Source: an uncultured Actinomycetota bacterium | Lineage (GTDB): Bacteria > Actinomycetota > Actinomycetes > Mycobacteriales > Micromonosporaceae | Direction: 5' to 3' | Assembly (NCBI GenBank): GCA_963844215.1 | Contig: CAWJNH010000001.1 | Coordinates: 76,167 to 140,166 of the forward strand | Length of the DNA stretch: 64,000 nucleotides | In this document: positions 63,513 to 64,000 of the stretch, piece after piece | How the letters are laid out: the number at the start of each line of letters is the position of its first letter | Position numbering within the stretch: the first letter of the stretch is position 1 | The notes under the pieces: generated by a model | What the model was told of the DNA's origin: nothing | Database searches by the model: none | What the model saw: the letters and a program-made list of their open reading frames with translations, nothing else | Translations under genes and position numbers: made by a program

Positions 63513-64000
63513 ATGAGCCACAGCGACCGGTTCGGCGAAGGCGCGGGATCCCGCGCGTCGATCGCCGAGCCGAACGTGGTTTTCCAGCAGGGGTTCACCG
63601 AGAGCAGCGTGACCGCACTGCGCGGAGCCGTGAGCGCCACGATCGCCACCGCCGGTCTGTCCGGAGACACCGCCGAGGATTTCGTGCTGGCAATACACGA
63701 ACTGGTCACCAATGCGGTACGGCACGGCGGCGGCTCCGGTCAACTGCAGCTGCGGCTGATCGCCGACGTGCTGGTGTGCGAGGTCGTCGACCACGGCGGT
63801 CCGCCCGGGAAGTTGCCAGTGCGGTTACCGCCGACCGACCGGCCTGGTGGGCGTGGCCTGTGGATGGCGCACCAGCTCACCGGTTCACTCCTGCTGACTC
63901 AACGTCCGGACGGCGTCACCGCCTCGGTCAGCATCTGCACGACTGCGTCGGTCGCCGGGTCCACGTCTCATCCGGTGAATCAGATCGGCGCTCACATGCG
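63513..64000 (+). CDS. HATPase_c/RsbW-like anti-sigma protein (3' end runs off window)
   Basis: Hand translation: LAIHELVTNAVRHG..EVVDHG..GGRGLW. Confidence 0.8.
   Translation, partial: MSHSDRFGEGAGSRASIAEPNVVFQQGFTESSVTALRGAVSATIATAGLSGDTAEDFVLAIHELVTNAVRHGGGSGQLQLRLIADVLVCEVVDHGGPPGKLPVRLPPTDRPGGRGLWMAHQLTGSLLLTQRPDGVTASVSICTTASVAGSTSHPVNQIGAHM

Overview
High-GC actinobacterial chromosome segment. Gene content and CTCA-N16/17-GCCGAT promoter motifs suggest Micromonosporaceae, e.g. Actinoplanes (inference). From left to right: a partial L,D-transpeptidase; rifampicin monooxygenase (rox) behind a rifamycin-associated element; an alpha-glucan utilisation cluster (frameshifted GH87/CBM35 glucanase, ABC transporter, GH13) bracketed by two LacI paralogues sharing a 343-bp near-perfect inverted repeat; GH6; furA-katG; a ferric-reductase/FMN-binding/ApbE flavinylation triad; a P450; stress-type genes; a PPTase; a Ser/Thr kinase; and a ricin-lectin CAZyme island (GH76, SGNH, two GH59, GH55-like) mixed with gene relics. 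The most striking locus is 55.3-63.2 kb, a candidate SipW/TasA-like fibre (pilus) system. It has four TasA/camelysin-like subunits (one membrane-anchored), two ER-type signal peptidases, a translationally coupled GGDEF diguanylate cyclase and a divergent triple-LamG adhesin. Both directions are preceded by FliA/WhiG-type promoter motifs. No rRNA, tRNA, CRISPR array or transposase was seen. All calls come from reading motifs by eye; no database searches were run.
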